Assembly: GCA_026770705.1 (NCBI GenBank)
Contig: JANJGN010000188.1
Coordinates: 558,001 to 622,000 of the forward strand
Direction: 5' to 3'
Length of the DNA: 64,000 bases
Source of the DNA: Isurus oxyrinchus
Lineage: Eukaryota
Shown piece after piece: positions 39,281 to 51,599 of this stretch. The translations under genes were made by a program, and so were the position numbers. The number at the start of each line of letters is the position of its first letter. Position 1 is the first letter of the stretch. The notes under the pieces were generated by a model that was not told the origin of the DNA, did no database searches, and saw only the letters and a list, made by a program, of their open reading frames with translations.

Positions 39281-39459
39281 GTATCAAGTACCTATGTTTT
39301 GCAAGGTGTCCGCTGCCCTTCCTATATTCCTCTACAACTCTTGCTTATGACTAACAATAAATACGCCTTCCACTGTGTTGTCCCTGTGCGCTTTACGTGA
39401 TATTCTACTTTTCAGGCAATGTTTGATGCTTCTGCCTTTGTGGTCAACATTTAATTTTT

Positions 39460-40880
39460 TATTGAATCACGGGATGTGTTATTCCTTCACTGTGCCAGTA
39501 CTTATTCTCCCACCTCGTTGCCTTTGAAAGGTGGTGGTGACTTGCATTCTTGAAACAGTGAGGTCCATGTGGTGAACGTACGGGCAGAGTGCTGTGAGGG
39601 AGGGAATTATTTAATTTTGAACCAGCGACAGTGATGGAAGAGCGCTTTTTTTCCAAGTATGGATGTTGAGTAACTTGAAGGGACACTTCCATGTGGTGTT
39701 GTTCCCGTTTAACCGCTGCACTTGTACTTGCAAATGTTAATATTTGTGTGTTTGGGGAGTGTTGTCGAAGGAGCCTTGGTTAATTCCTGTTGTGTATCTT
39801 ATCGATGGTACACGCTTTTACGACTGTGTGTCCGTGGTGGTGGTTGGGGGAGAGTGACTGTTTGCGTGTGTGATGCTAATCAAGGGGAATGCTTTTTTCC
39901 TGAATGGTGTCAAGCTCCCTGCCTGTTGTGGGTGCTGCACTCGCCCAGGCAAGTGGGGAGTGTTCCATCACACCCCATATTTGTGCCTTGTAGATGATGC
40001 TTTAGAAGGCAAGAGGTGAGCTACTGGTAGCACGAGTTCTATCCTCTGACCTGTTCTTGTTGCCACAGTATTTACGTGGCAGGTCCGGTTCCATTCCTGG
40101 TCAATGTTGATAATGGAGGATTCAGTGATGGTAATGGCATTGAACATCAAGTGGCGATGGTTGCATTATCTCTTGTTGGAATTGAGCATTGCTTGCCACT
40201 CGTCAGCCCAAGCCAGAATGTAGTTCATGTTTTGCTGCATTTGGACGTGGATTACTTCAGTACCTGATGTGTCGAGAATGGTGCTGAACATTGTGCAATC
40301 ATTGGCACCATCCCCACTTCTGACTTTACGATTCAAGGAAGATCTTTGAAGAAGCAATTTAAGAAGCTTGGTTCTAGGACACTATCCTAAGGAATTCCTG
40401 CGCTGATGACATGGAGCTGAGATGAGTGACCTCTGACAACCAGAAACATTTTCCTTTGTGTCTGGTAAGCCTCCGACCAGAGGTCAGCTTTCCACATGAT
40501 AACCATTGATTCCAATTTTGCCAGTGCTCCTTGACACCACACTCGGGCAAGTGCTGCCTTGATGTCAAGGGCACTGACACTCACCTCAGCTCAGGAGGTC
40601 TACTCTATTGCTTGTTTTTGAAACAAGGGTGCAATGAGGCCAGGAGCTGCGTGGCCCAGGCGGAACCCTAACTGCGAGTCGGTGAGTAGGTTATTGCTAA
40701 ACAATTTCCACTTGATAGCACTGTTGATGACCCTTCCCGTTGCTTTATTGATGACCAGTGTAGACTGGTGGGGGTCGTGATTAGCTGGGGTGGATTTGCC
40801 CTGCTTTTTGTGTCAAAGACATACCTGCGTAGATTGCCGTGTTGTCGCTGTACTGGAACAGCTTTTCTAGACGTCAGACA
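39460..40880 (-). mobile_element. CR1-like LINE RT and 3' end (second family)
   Basis: ALDIKAALARVWCQG, ANDCTMFS and a 3' tail homologous to 25150-26310. Confidence 0.87.
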
Positions 40881-41139
40881 ATTTCTTGGGCACAAGAATT
40901 CTTTACTAATGCCAGAATATTTTGAAGGCACACAATGTTTCCAAAATGCTGTAAAACATTGCATTCAAGAACATTACCCTCCTCCCCCAACCTTATTTCT
41001 ACTCGTTCCAGGCTGTGGGTAATGTCTGAATCAAAAACAAAATGTGCCGGGAAAACGCAGCAAGATAGATAGCATCTGCGGAGAGAAAAGCTTGGTTAAC
41101 TTTTTGAGTCTTTGTGACTGCAGCTTCAATACTCAAAGG

Positions 41140-41780
41140 ACGGAAACATACATCAGACCAGTTAACCTAATATCACTCATTGTGAAACTGCCAGAATGCA
41201 TTTTTATGGATGAAGAAACAGGAAATGAAGGGAAGAAAACATAATTCAATCAGCCAGTGACAGCATGACAGGGAAATGTGAATGGTGCATTTAGTAAAGC
41301 TCGATCAGGATGTAACAATGAGGGTGGCTAATAGATTACTAGCAGATGTAGAGCATCTGGGCTCTCAAAACAGATTTTGTATGGTACCACATTAAAGCTT
41401 AATATATAAAAAGTAGGCAGTGAGGCAGTGAGGATGGGGAAGAGATGATATGTTAGCAATGGAAATGGGCTGAACAACTAACAGATCACAAAGACTTGTG
41501 ATAAATGGACCAATTTCAGGATCACAAATTGCACATACTGGAGGGCCACTGGAATACCTGCAGGGTCTTCACTATTTACGATTGGTCTCAATCAATTCGA
41601 TGAAGGATCAGACTTGGTTTGAGCTAAATTCGTTAACATACAAAGGTAGATAGGATATTAAGTTGTGGGGACGATGCAACGGGTCTGAAAAGGGGTTTTA
41701 ATTGCTTCATTGCGTTGGGAAACAATTGACAGATTAAAGACAACATGCAGAATTCCGAGGTCGTTCAGATTGTCAGGAAG
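41140..41780 (+). mobile_element. CR1 RT fragment, very decayed
   Basis: RPVNLISLIVKL.E and downstream RT-like blocks. Confidence 0.6.
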
Positions 41781-41809
41781 AGAAGAAAAGAAGCCGATAT
41801 AAATGGATA

Positions 41810-42030
41810 CCAAAAGAAAAAGTGCTGGAAAAAGTCAACACTACTGACATCAGCTGTGAAGTGAACGGCAGAGTTAACGTTTCAGCTCCATATGACTCTT
41901 CCTCAGAACGTTCTGAGTAAGTCATATGGTGTCTAAAAGTTAACTCTGCCTTTCTGTCCATAGATGCTGTCAGAAATGCTGAGTTTTTTCACCACTGATT
42001 GTTTTTGTTTCATATTTCCAGCCTCCGTAC
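41810..42030. repeat. Head-to-head Penelope terminal repeats forming an imperfect palindrome centred on agaacgttct (~41905-41914)
   Basis: gcagagttaac...catatgact...ctcagaac mirrors gttctgag...agtcatatg...gttaactctgc. Confidence 0.85.
41868..41912 (-). ncRNA. Putative minimal hammerhead ribozyme motif (Penelope-associated)
   Basis: Minus strand GUU-CUGAGGA-agagucauauggagcu-GAAACGUUA-ACUC: CUGANGA and GAAA core, palindromic stem III (AACGUU) and a UUA site. Stem II is imperfect. Confidence 0.5.
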
Positions 42031-42579
42031 TGTTTTTCCTTTATCTTACGATCATTGCTTCCCGCTCAGCACTGCACCTAGACCAACTGAACATTTGTGT
42101 AGCATTTCTATCTTACTCCGCTATTTTTGTGATACTCACAGTTTGGAATATTTCCGCCAATGAGCCTTCTTGTTTTAAAAGGGTTAACATCACAATTTCC
42201 AACAACAAACATCATATGGAATTGTTTACCCATTCGCAAGATCCATCTCTGTGGGTTTTGATCTTCCCTCTTCAATTCCTACAATTCAACACACCGCCGA
42301 AGTAAACACAATCAGCAAGGGTCAGTGCAGATAGTCGGAAACAACAATCCTCACCTCCCAAGCCACGGGTTAGGCTTGCCACCCTTCTTTTTCTCCCTCT
42401 CTCACATTGTCGATGTCACTTTAAGCTTAATTAGATGTGCCCAACGGTATGTGCAGGAAAATTTTCCGTGTGCTTGTATTTGTGCATGTGTGCGTTGTTT
42501 TTGTTAATTGCTCCTGCGTTGTTCTTGTTTATTCTGGTTTTCTAAGATGCTCGTCTGCAAAGACTTTTACAATTTCTAT

Positions 42580-43320
42580 CTAAAATTATTCACGAAAATA
42601 TCTTCTGACACCTATTCATGTCAAGCCTTCCAGATCCCACCAACTCCGAATGGAAATGTCTCGGCTCCCATCATCTGCATAACTTTTGTCAACGAATTTG
42701 AATCCATGACCTTTAGTTATTGATCTACACAGAGAGGGGATTTTTTCCTTGTTTACCCTCCCCAAATCTCGTATGATGTGGAAAACCACTATTTGGTGAT
42801 TTTTCAAAATGTTTTGTCCAAAGTATAACAACCCGGGGTTGTCCAACAACACCTCATAATATAACAATTTCATCCTTGAAAACGCCCCAGTGAACGTTCT
42901 CGAGCCCCTTTCTGATGCCTTGCTGAAGAGTGGTGAACAAAACTAACAAGATTGCTTACGAATGTGTAAATGCAGGACTTCAAGTTCTAGCATGACCCCG
43001 GTGGCTTAACATGCTCTTTCTCCAATTAGAAACCAAAATAGTCAATATGTTTATTGAGCTACATTATGAGCGTTGTGTATATGGAGGGAAATGTCTCACT
43101 GCCCATCCACACTTTACAAAAACCTTGTTTTTACAGTGTAGCGACTTTCCATATTTGTCCTCCAAAAGTTCGTAATAACATAGCTTACTTCCTCGTATTG
43201 AAATCTATCTCCAAATTAAACGTGTTTTATGATGTGTGCGTCTTACTTCCTGAACTATTTTCTGAGCGTGTCATTGTTTCTCTGGAAGTCTTTCTCTTTG
43301 CCATGTCCAACTAATGAAGC
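42580..43320 (-). mobile_element. CR1 LINE 3' fragment, decayed
   Basis: RVNKEK....SITKGHGFK (ORF 42616-42873). Confidence 0.7.
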
Positions 43321-43849
43321 AAAAATATTGCGATGCATGTCTCTGCCCGTCATTCTCTACCTTTTCAATGTCTGTCTGTTTGTCTCTCTGTTTCCCTCTC
43401 TTTGATCTCTATGTGCAACATTTTCATTTTCCCATCAGACTGATGGATAGGCGCAGGGCTATTCTCATATCCTCTTATCCCCTCAGTATTCAATAATATA
43501 TTGATCTCAGGTTTAAATATTTTGAGCTCTCCCAATCCCCTGTGTTAGGGCACTTCAAAGATACATAAACATTTGTTGAATAGGTTTCTCCTCATCACTG
43601 ATTACAGAGAGTATACAGTAATCTTGCTGAATCTCTGCTTTGAATATTGGCATGAATCTGGGGACCAAGCTATAAGTAAAACATAGGACTTTCAGCCTTT
43701 AGAAAATGCTGGCTTCACTCAGCAGCTCAGACAACACCTTTGGTTTACAGAGCTGAACGATTGAGATTTTCTCTCTCCCAGGAAGCAGTAGTGTCTGGAG
43801 AGCATAACAGGAATTTCTGTTGTTACTTCAGATTTGCAATATCTGCATT

Positions 43850-45010
43850 TGCTACGAACATAGGAAATAGGAGCAGAAGTAAATCAAATGGATCTTCGAG
43901 GCTGTTCCTCCGTTCACCAAGATCGTGGATGATATGTTTGTATTTCGCATTCCACATTCCCATCTGCGCCGAAAGCCTTTGAATCTTTTGCCTTACAAGA
44001 ATTTATTTACCTGTATTTTTTTTAAATTTTAAATGACAGCACCTCCATTGCTTTCTGAGGCCGAATGTTCTGAAGTCGCATAGTCACCTGAGAGAGAAAA
44101 AAAAAACATCTCATTTCCACTGTCCTACAAGGAACACACCCAGTCTGTCCGACCAATACTCATAAGGCACCCGCTCATTCCAGGTATCAACCCAGTAAAC
44201 CCGCTCTGAACCGCCTCAAACTCACTTACATCCTTCCTAAAGTAAAGGGAAAAAAAGGCATACAGTACTCCAGATTTGGAGTCATGATTACCCTGTATTA
44301 CTGAAGCTTAACAGCCTTTCTTTTGTCTCCAATTCCTCTAGAAATAAAGGAGAGCATTGCATTCGACTTCTACATTACCTGCTGTACCTGCATAATAACT
44401 TTTTGTGACTCATGAACCAAGGCACCTAGATCCCCCTGCAGCTTGGAACTCTGCAGTCGTTCTCTGTGTAATTAATAATTTGTTTCTTTTTATTATTATT
44501 TTCCCTACCAGAATGAACATCTTCATATGTTCCAAAACAATTATCCATCTGTAGGTTTTTGCCCAAAAACTCAATCCATATATTTCTATTTGCATGTTCC
44601 TTTTGCAACCTTCAGAACTTTCCCAACTTAATCTGTGCCAACTGAAAAATTATGTATCATGACTTAAATCTCCTCATCTGAGCGATTGATATAAATTGTA
44701 AAAAATCATGATCCCAGCACCTATCCCTATCCAGTCGTATTTCCTGCCAATCAGACAAAGACCCACATATGCATACTCTCTGTTTTCTGTCAGCCAGCCA
44801 GCCTTCTCTCCATGTCAATATCTTACCCCTATACCATGAACATTTATTTTCTGCAATAACCTTCGATGTGGCAGCTTGTCTAAGGCCTTTTAAATATCCA
44901 AGTATATTAAGCATACGTGCTCCCCTTCATCCATAACACATGCTTATCCTTCAGAAAACTCTAATAACTTGGTTAAACATGATTTTCCTTTCGAAAAACC
45001 ATGCTGAGTC
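43850..45010 (-). mobile_element. CR1 LINE RT and 3' end
   Basis: WLADRKQRVCI.G..SDW, CLGS/DLG blocks and a CR1-type tail. Confidence 0.82.
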
Positions 45011-45739
45011 TTGCTTTCGCATGAGGCTAGTGAACACGTGTTATATCATCTCTACCGGATGCGTTTCCTCTTTCAGATAGGGACTCCATACTGACAATTA
45101 TTCATTTTGTTCAGGTCCCTTACAACAAATGTTGTCCAGAAGAAAGAGAAAGATGCCGATGTGAACATCCTGCAACTCCATCTCTCATTGCACTCTGAGT
45201 GCACCTACACCACATGGACTTTAGCAGTTCAAGAAGGCAGCACATCACCAAGTTCTCTAGCGTAATTTAGGAGCAGCTGTAAATGCTGGCCTAGCCAGCG
45301 ACGCTCATATCCCATAAATGAAAAATAAATCATACCGACCTGGGGTGCAAAATGAGCAATATGATTGTGGTGATTATTTTTTTAAGACAGGCAGTGCTGG
45401 ATGCAAGTAATAGAGCACCCAGCAGAGTCATGAAATACATCAAACAAAGCGAAAAGGACATCAACATGTAAACTGGTCGGTTAAATTGTATTTGCAATGT
45501 TCGCTGAAGTTAAAAAAGTGCATTTTACAAAAAAAAACATTAACTGTTTGATCATATTTACCAGTGAATTTCAATTCCCATCACAGCAGGTGGAAGAAAA
45601 TGTTTGTCAAGTGAGAAAGAGCCTTTTGCGTGTCATGAACATTCAGAACATCCACACGATGCAAACGCCTAATTTCCGGGCCTTGGGTGAAAGAAAGTGT
45701 TCATGGACACAGCAAAAAGTAAAATTACACAGAACGTCA

Positions 45740-46200
45740 CTCTACGAGGATTAAAAAAGCCTCGCATTTCCTCTTAAAATGGAGACCTCTCCTTTTTCTA
45801 CACTGTCCCTTACTTCTCGACTCCATCCGATCATGTCCCTTCGGGACCGGGTATGATTCAGTAAGCTCTCCTCGCTTTCTTCTCATCTCTAATGGAAACA
45901 GGACCAAACTGCCTTAATAAGTTAAACCCATCATCCTCGCAAAGAATTGACTGACCTTTCTCTGCAATGCTTCTTATGAATTTGGTATGACAGGTGATGT
46001 ATGCCAGGTGGACGAAATGCAGAAGGGAAACTTGGCCATTTATCACAAAAGTTCAGGCAATTTGTATTTTTTCCGAGAAGGCTTTTGCACTGAACTCCGA
46101 GGCATTGAATCCAATAACACCTTAAGGGATTTTTAATTATCGTAAAATATTTATTAACAGAAGGAAAAAAAACGGTAAATACACACAATATTTAAGTTAC
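45740..46200 (-). mobile_element. CR1 LINE fragment
   Basis: LRQFGPVSIRDEK/LRG-type 3' ORF2 remnants. Confidence 0.55.
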
Positions 46201-46899
46201 ACGGTTATTTAGGCGTAGCATTTCCCAAAATTCTTAGTTAAACAGGTTGCCAACTCCACTCCCCCTATAAGACAGCAGCCTAAAATAGATTTGAAGCTAC
46301 AAAATCAATGATGCAAAGATACCACACCAAGTATTCGACATTGGATTACCAAAGCCTTTAAACGCAACTCTTTGTATTTGTATAAATAGCAAACGTCTGC
46401 TAAAGTGACTGTTTCCCAAGGAGTGCTTCATATAGTGTACCTTTGAATCTGACATGGCAATGCTCTCTATACAGTATTTCATCCGTTTGTATATACGTTT
46501 CTCTCATTCTAATCTCTAAATGCCATTGTTCTACAGGACTTTGAAAGTTTAATTTTCTCGTTTTGTAAAAATCAGTCAGAAAGTCAATAAAGTCCGTTTC
46601 CTTTTAGGAAAAATAAACATAATAACCTTCCCCTGTCTATCTTGTTAGTTACAAAAATACTACTATCCATTTGATACCCAACCAACTTCCACTTATCTGA
46701 AAATGCAAATTTCCTTCACACCCTGCACCTCATCCATATTTACTTATTAGCATTTCAGATGTCTTCCTGCTCTTAATTTATTTCGATAATTTCAAACCTG
46801 CAGTCTATCTGACTCTAATTCAATTACTTCATTCACTTAGGCAGGAACATCCACATTCACACATATAAGCCGACAATAATATTACGAAAAATATTATCG

Positions 46900-47860
46900 T
46901 TTCATGACGATTTTTTAAAAATATGGTGACCAACACTGTACACAGTTTTCCAGATGTTTGCTCACTAATCTTCTGTACAGCTGCACTAAAAGTTCCATTC
47001 TCCCTCAATAAAAGCCACCATTTAATTTGCCTTCCTAATCACTTGCTGGACCTTGTATGCAAGCTACTTTAATGATTTATGAACTAGGACCTCTGGAGCG
47101 GATATGATCAGTTGAGGAAACTATTTCCACTTGCTTGGAATTTGGGAATAAGGAACACAGGCACAACAAATAGACAGATTTCAACGTTGAAATTAGGAAA
47201 CAATAGAGACAGAAAGGGTGCTGGAAGTTCGGAGCTCCGTTCTGTACATATTAATTGGAGGCTTTATTTTAAAGCTGCGATCGATAATGTTTTATTAGAA
47301 AATATATTGACCTACAATGCAAAAGCGATTTGGCTCCCAATTTGCCATGATATCTTTTAATAATAGAACAGAACCTAGGGAATAAATGGCCTCACCAAAA
47401 TCAAAGCTTATGGAAAAGTGGATCATCTTTTGACTCAGGACGCTTCAGCCCCTGAACTCAAAAATGAGTTCATCAATTTAAGTTCTTAATATCCTTCTTT
47501 ATCTTCTTTCTTGTTTATTTCCTTTGTGGGCTGCGTTCGGTTTCCTTTATTTAATTGTTCCTTCAATGTTGCCTTTGGACGACTTCTATGCAGCTTTTCA
47601 TAACCTCACTTAGACACGTATTGTGTTCATTTGAAGACAGTGCATTTTAGACTGTATTGTAAGGGGGTCTGAGTTCAAGAATTAGTAAGTCTTGCTAAAA
47701 AACAAAGGGCTTTGGTGACATCATACCTCTAATATTATTTGCAGTTTTGATCTGCATCTTTAAGGAAGGATACTAGTGATTTGGAGGCGGCACAGAGAAT
47801 CTTCACTGATTCGTCCCCAGGATGAGGGGACAGTCCTATGATGAGACACTGAGTACAATG
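46900..47860. mobile_element. Several short decayed CR1 fragments on both strands
   Basis: Similar by eye to the CR1 3' regions elsewhere in the window. Confidence 0.5.
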
Positions 47861-48402
47861 GAGAAGCATTCTGGCTCTGCCACGTGGTTATTAAATATGT
47901 TACTTTCCGGAACCACCAGAACAACCACCTATCATGCTCCCGGCTTAATTTCCATGGCTATTGATCCTGGCATGAGGCTCAACATTTATTTGCACTATCA
48001 CTGTGCAGATTAAGCCATTCCCAGTTAGCTCGCAGGGACATGGTAATTTTAGCTATAAAAGTCCACTTAAGGGAGAACCTGGATTGTTCTATAAATTGAA
48101 CATTCTTAGAAGGCAATAAGCAACGGATTGATAAATGTTTCATCACAGTATTCAGCGCTAAAGCCATCCCACAACTGGGCTGGTGCTATGAGATGTCATT
48201 TTGATAAATTACACCCGCAGCCACGTGGAACAAATAGATGGATGCTGTCATTTAGTTCCCTGGTTTTATGTGGCGGGAGGGGAGGGGGGTCCCGGGAGCA
48301 GCATCAGAGGTTAGCAGTATTATATATAAATTCCAAATCTTTACTGGAAAGATAGGAATTTTTATAAAAGGGCTTGCACAGGAAAAAAGTACTCCTGTGT
48401 AA

Positions 48403-48488
48403 AACCTGCGCTCCATCCGTTAAAGCGGGTCACCATCTTGCCGAAAGATATCCAGCTGTCCCGCCGCATCCGCGGGGAGCGACCCTAA
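48403..48488 (+). pseudogene. H3: Replication-dependent histone H3 3' fragment
   Basis: aagcgggtcaccatcttgccgaaagatatccagctgtcccgccgcatccgcggggagcgaccctaa = KRVTILPKDIQLSRRIRGERP*, versus H3 [21 protein letters not shown]. The 5' portion is missing. Confidence 0.93.
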
Positions 48489-48516
48489 AACTGGTTTCAG
48501 CACTATATCTAACAAC

Positions 48517-48532
48517 AGCTCTTTTCAGAGCC
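48517..48532 (+). promoter_or_regulatory. Histone mRNA 3' stem-loop (one substitution)
   Basis: AGCTCTTTTCAGAGCC versus consensus GGCTCTTTTCAGAGCC, followed by ac and a purine-rich element (aaagggaaggg), ~30 nt after the H3 stop. Confidence 0.9.
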
Positions 48533-49099
48533 ACAAAATGGACAAAGGGAAGGGATGTGATCTGTGACTGCTGACACCAGCATTTCCCCACCCCCTAATT
48601 GCTCTTTGCAACTGCGATTTTAATAAGACCCAGTGCTTTGCTAGACCAATTCAGGGGGATAGTTTAGAGCTCTGTGTCTGGAGTCACATGTTGACCAATC
48701 CATGGTCGGAAGGAAAGAGCTAGAACCAGTGATCTGTGTTTGAGTCCAGAAATGATGTTGATCTTCAATTAATGGAGGGTGAGTCTGCTATCTGACCTAC
48801 AATACAGCAACAGCATCTGCGGGACCTGCCAGGACTTTACATTTCCACAACAGGCACTATGTAAAGCAGTTTCCCAATTTGCAAAATCAATCCCTCTCCC
48901 TTTGTACCTCTCACTGGAATTTATGTGACTTAATATCTCACCGAAAGAAATCGAATCTTCAAAGCTTTGAAAGCCCTGTGCAGATGAACGTTCTCAATTC
49001 GGACTTTCATACAGCCCAATAAGAGATGAACAGTAATGTTTGCAGCAAAGTAGTGGGATGCAATTTGGAAGTTTACATTGCAAAGCTCTAGTCAGTGTT

Positions 49100-49173
49100 G
49101 GCGTTGTGACTTAGTTGGTTAAAGCGCTTGTTTAATGTAAAAGCGATTCTGCTTTTCATTGTCAGATGTGTCT
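49100..49173 (+). pseudogene. Decayed tRNA-Thr(AGT)-like
   Basis: ggcgttgtgacttagttggttaaagcgcttgttta matches the vertebrate tRNA-Thr 5' half. The anticodon arm and T-arm are destroyed. Confidence 0.75.
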
Positions 49174-49819
49174 TTATCGATTACGTCGATGCATGGCTTT
49201 AAATAAAACCATTGACGACCAAAGGCAGCATTGATAATTAGGCGACTATATAATGAAGCAGGATAGGATCATTGTTTCCTTGGGAAGTCATGCGGGAAGA
49301 ACATTTCAAAATATTGCCGGTGATAACTGTGGGCAAAGTTTGAATGATTTATGTTACTGCGCTTTAGGAAGGAACGAACGGGGAGAGATAAATGTTGGTG
49401 CTTTTTTGATGAAGTCCTTGGGCTGGCAGATCTATTTCCATCCCTACAATTTGAGATTTGGACTATTTAGAAGCTTTGTTGATTTCAATGTGATGTCATC
49501 ACACGTTCCCACTACAAACACTGTTAGAAATTGTTTATTCATTTTGTAGCTTCCGACTCCAATTATATCTTCCCGAAACCAATGCAATCTTCAAAGCTTT
49601 AAATGCCCAGTGCAGATAACTGGCTAACAGCAGTTGCGAGGTCACACGCCATGTGTCAGGAGTGAGTAGTTGCTGCAAATTAGAATAATTGTAAAATGAA
49701 GCCAAAGGGAGTCTGCTGGTCTGCTTGTGAGGAAAAAGGAGCTGCAGAAGATGAGTCACCTCACAAAGGAATGCATAAAATGCTTGTGACGCCTCTTTTT
49801 AAGTAGTGATGGCTGCTCT

Positions 49820-49892
49820 CACTGGGCAGCTCTTTCGTTCGGGCACCAGACTTTTAATCTCAGCGTTCAGGTGATAAGTCCATGTCTGGCTG
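49820..49892 (+). pseudogene. Decayed tRNA-Lys(TTT)
   Basis: gca.cagacttttaatct..g.gt.cagg...aagtcc.tgt matches tRNA-Lys-TTT. The D-arm and T-loop are mutated. Confidence 0.78.
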
Positions 49893-50764
49893 TTCACTTT
49901 CGGCTTAAGATGTTCCCGCCCGGTGAAACGACAAAATGAAACAGCCTTGGACGCTGAATTCTTCAAGGGAAGCTGAGGAACTGGCGGCGTTACTTTGATT
50001 TCCAACAAAGGATCCACTCTCTTGCAATTGTGGTAGCCTCGATCAATTTAAATTCTTTCCTGGGTTTCCAGGTACTCCTTGTGTGAAGAGTGCTTCCTGA
50101 CATTCCTGTTGCTTGGCTGGCACCTGCGCTGTGGAACTGTGACCAAAACAAAAGTCAACATTCAACCCCATTCTTCCTGCCAGGTGAAATGACTTCTCTG
50201 TGTTTAAACTAACAATTCACTTTAACAGGCTAGAAGCCTCGATCAGATCATTCTTCTATAATGAAGAGAATAGAAAACACAGTTAATCCCTGAAAATAAA
50301 ACTAAAGATTTCGTAAGGATCGGGGAGATGGCCGGTGGATTGATTGAGGCGAATTTCTCCTTCAACGAACCAGCACAGACAGGATGGGCCAAATGGCCTA
50401 TTTATCGGCTGACCCCATTGTATGCTAATACGAATCGTGGATGATGAAATTTAACTCCAGATGTAACCTGCTGAACTCCAGAGCCCACTGGTCAATCAGC
50501 GCTGCTTCCTTTCCTAGCTTAGTATAATCCTGATGTATCTTCTGAGCAGTGTCTGCAACAACATGAGAAATAAGGACAGGTGTGTCATGTGTCTCACGGC
50601 TTCACAAACCGTCCACACCTTCTTGGTTGATTGTCCAACTCAATTGCTCCTTCCTCAAAATTCTTATTTCGTGCTGCCCTACAGCCCCATAACAGATGAA
50701 GAATACTCTATGAACTTACAGCAAAATAGTGAAATACGGTTCAAAACATAACTGTTTGTGACTT

Positions 50765-50839
50765 AGCAGTGTGGTATAGTGGGTCATGTCTTACATATAG
50801 TCATGCAGACGATCCTGAGTTCAGATTTCAATGGCGCTG
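50765..50839 (+). pseudogene. Decayed tRNA, isotype unresolved
   Basis: 75 nt with A-box tggtatagtgg, B-box-like gagttcagatttc and partly complementary ends (agc...gct). Confidence 0.55.
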
Positions 50840-51599
50840 TTATTTATTTAAAATTAATCAGGCAAAGAGCTGAACATTTTCAGGTCGTGAGGAAGCATGT
50901 AGAATGAAGGTGAACATAACGAAGCACAATAGGATCAAAATTCCCTTTGAAAAGAACGTGCACCGGTATGCTTATGTATCGCTCCCTTTTCAGTTCATCC
51001 CAATGTACCAGTGGGTTTGCCATATTACGTGAATGATAGCTGCTTTGGGGTCAGTGCAGAAGTCGTGCAGGATATAACATTTTCTTTTCCTCTCTGTCTT
51101 TATCCACTGCATGCACTTACATGAAGAGGGACACCAAGGATCAATCTACGAACGTCTTAAGGGATTTGAGACGTTTTTCCAGGAAAAAAAAAACAAGATT
51201 TTAAAGACATCTCAATCAACCACTAATTTTGGAAAAACAAATGTTTTTCTCCGCTTTCATTCCACCTGGAAACTGTTGTTGGGATGAACCTCACTGAATA
51301 GACGGTGACCGATAAGGTTTGGTCCACTATGGGAAGCTTTGAACTGAGGATGGCACAGGACACCAGGGTAGGACTGCAGCGACCCTCGGAACACGTTGAG
51401 CGCCTTTTATTTTATTGCTTCCTGAATTTAAGATTCGCTGCTGAGGTCATCATTTATATTCGGGGCCTCGTTCCCAATCAGTGTTTAATTGTCCACCGCC
51501 TTTCACGACTGGAAGTGACAGAACTGCACAGCTTAGATCCGATGTCTTGGTTATGAAATCACATCAAAAGCGATTGTCTATGAGGACAACAGACATGGC

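Larger units (their letters stand above)
48954..51170 (+). repeat. tRNA cassette copy 1 (direct repeat of 52143-54380)
   Basis: Colinear matches at an offset of ~3.19-3.22 kb, e.g. aatcttcaaag...agccc.gtgcag, aaattagaataattgt.aaatgaagccaaaggga and aaagagctgaacattttca.gtcg.gaggaagcat. Confidence 0.9.

Noticed and set aside
41964-42305. 113-aa hydrophobic plus-strand ORF
   Set aside because: It starts inside a Penelope terminal repeat and has no family motif. The minus-strand reading is more suggestive.
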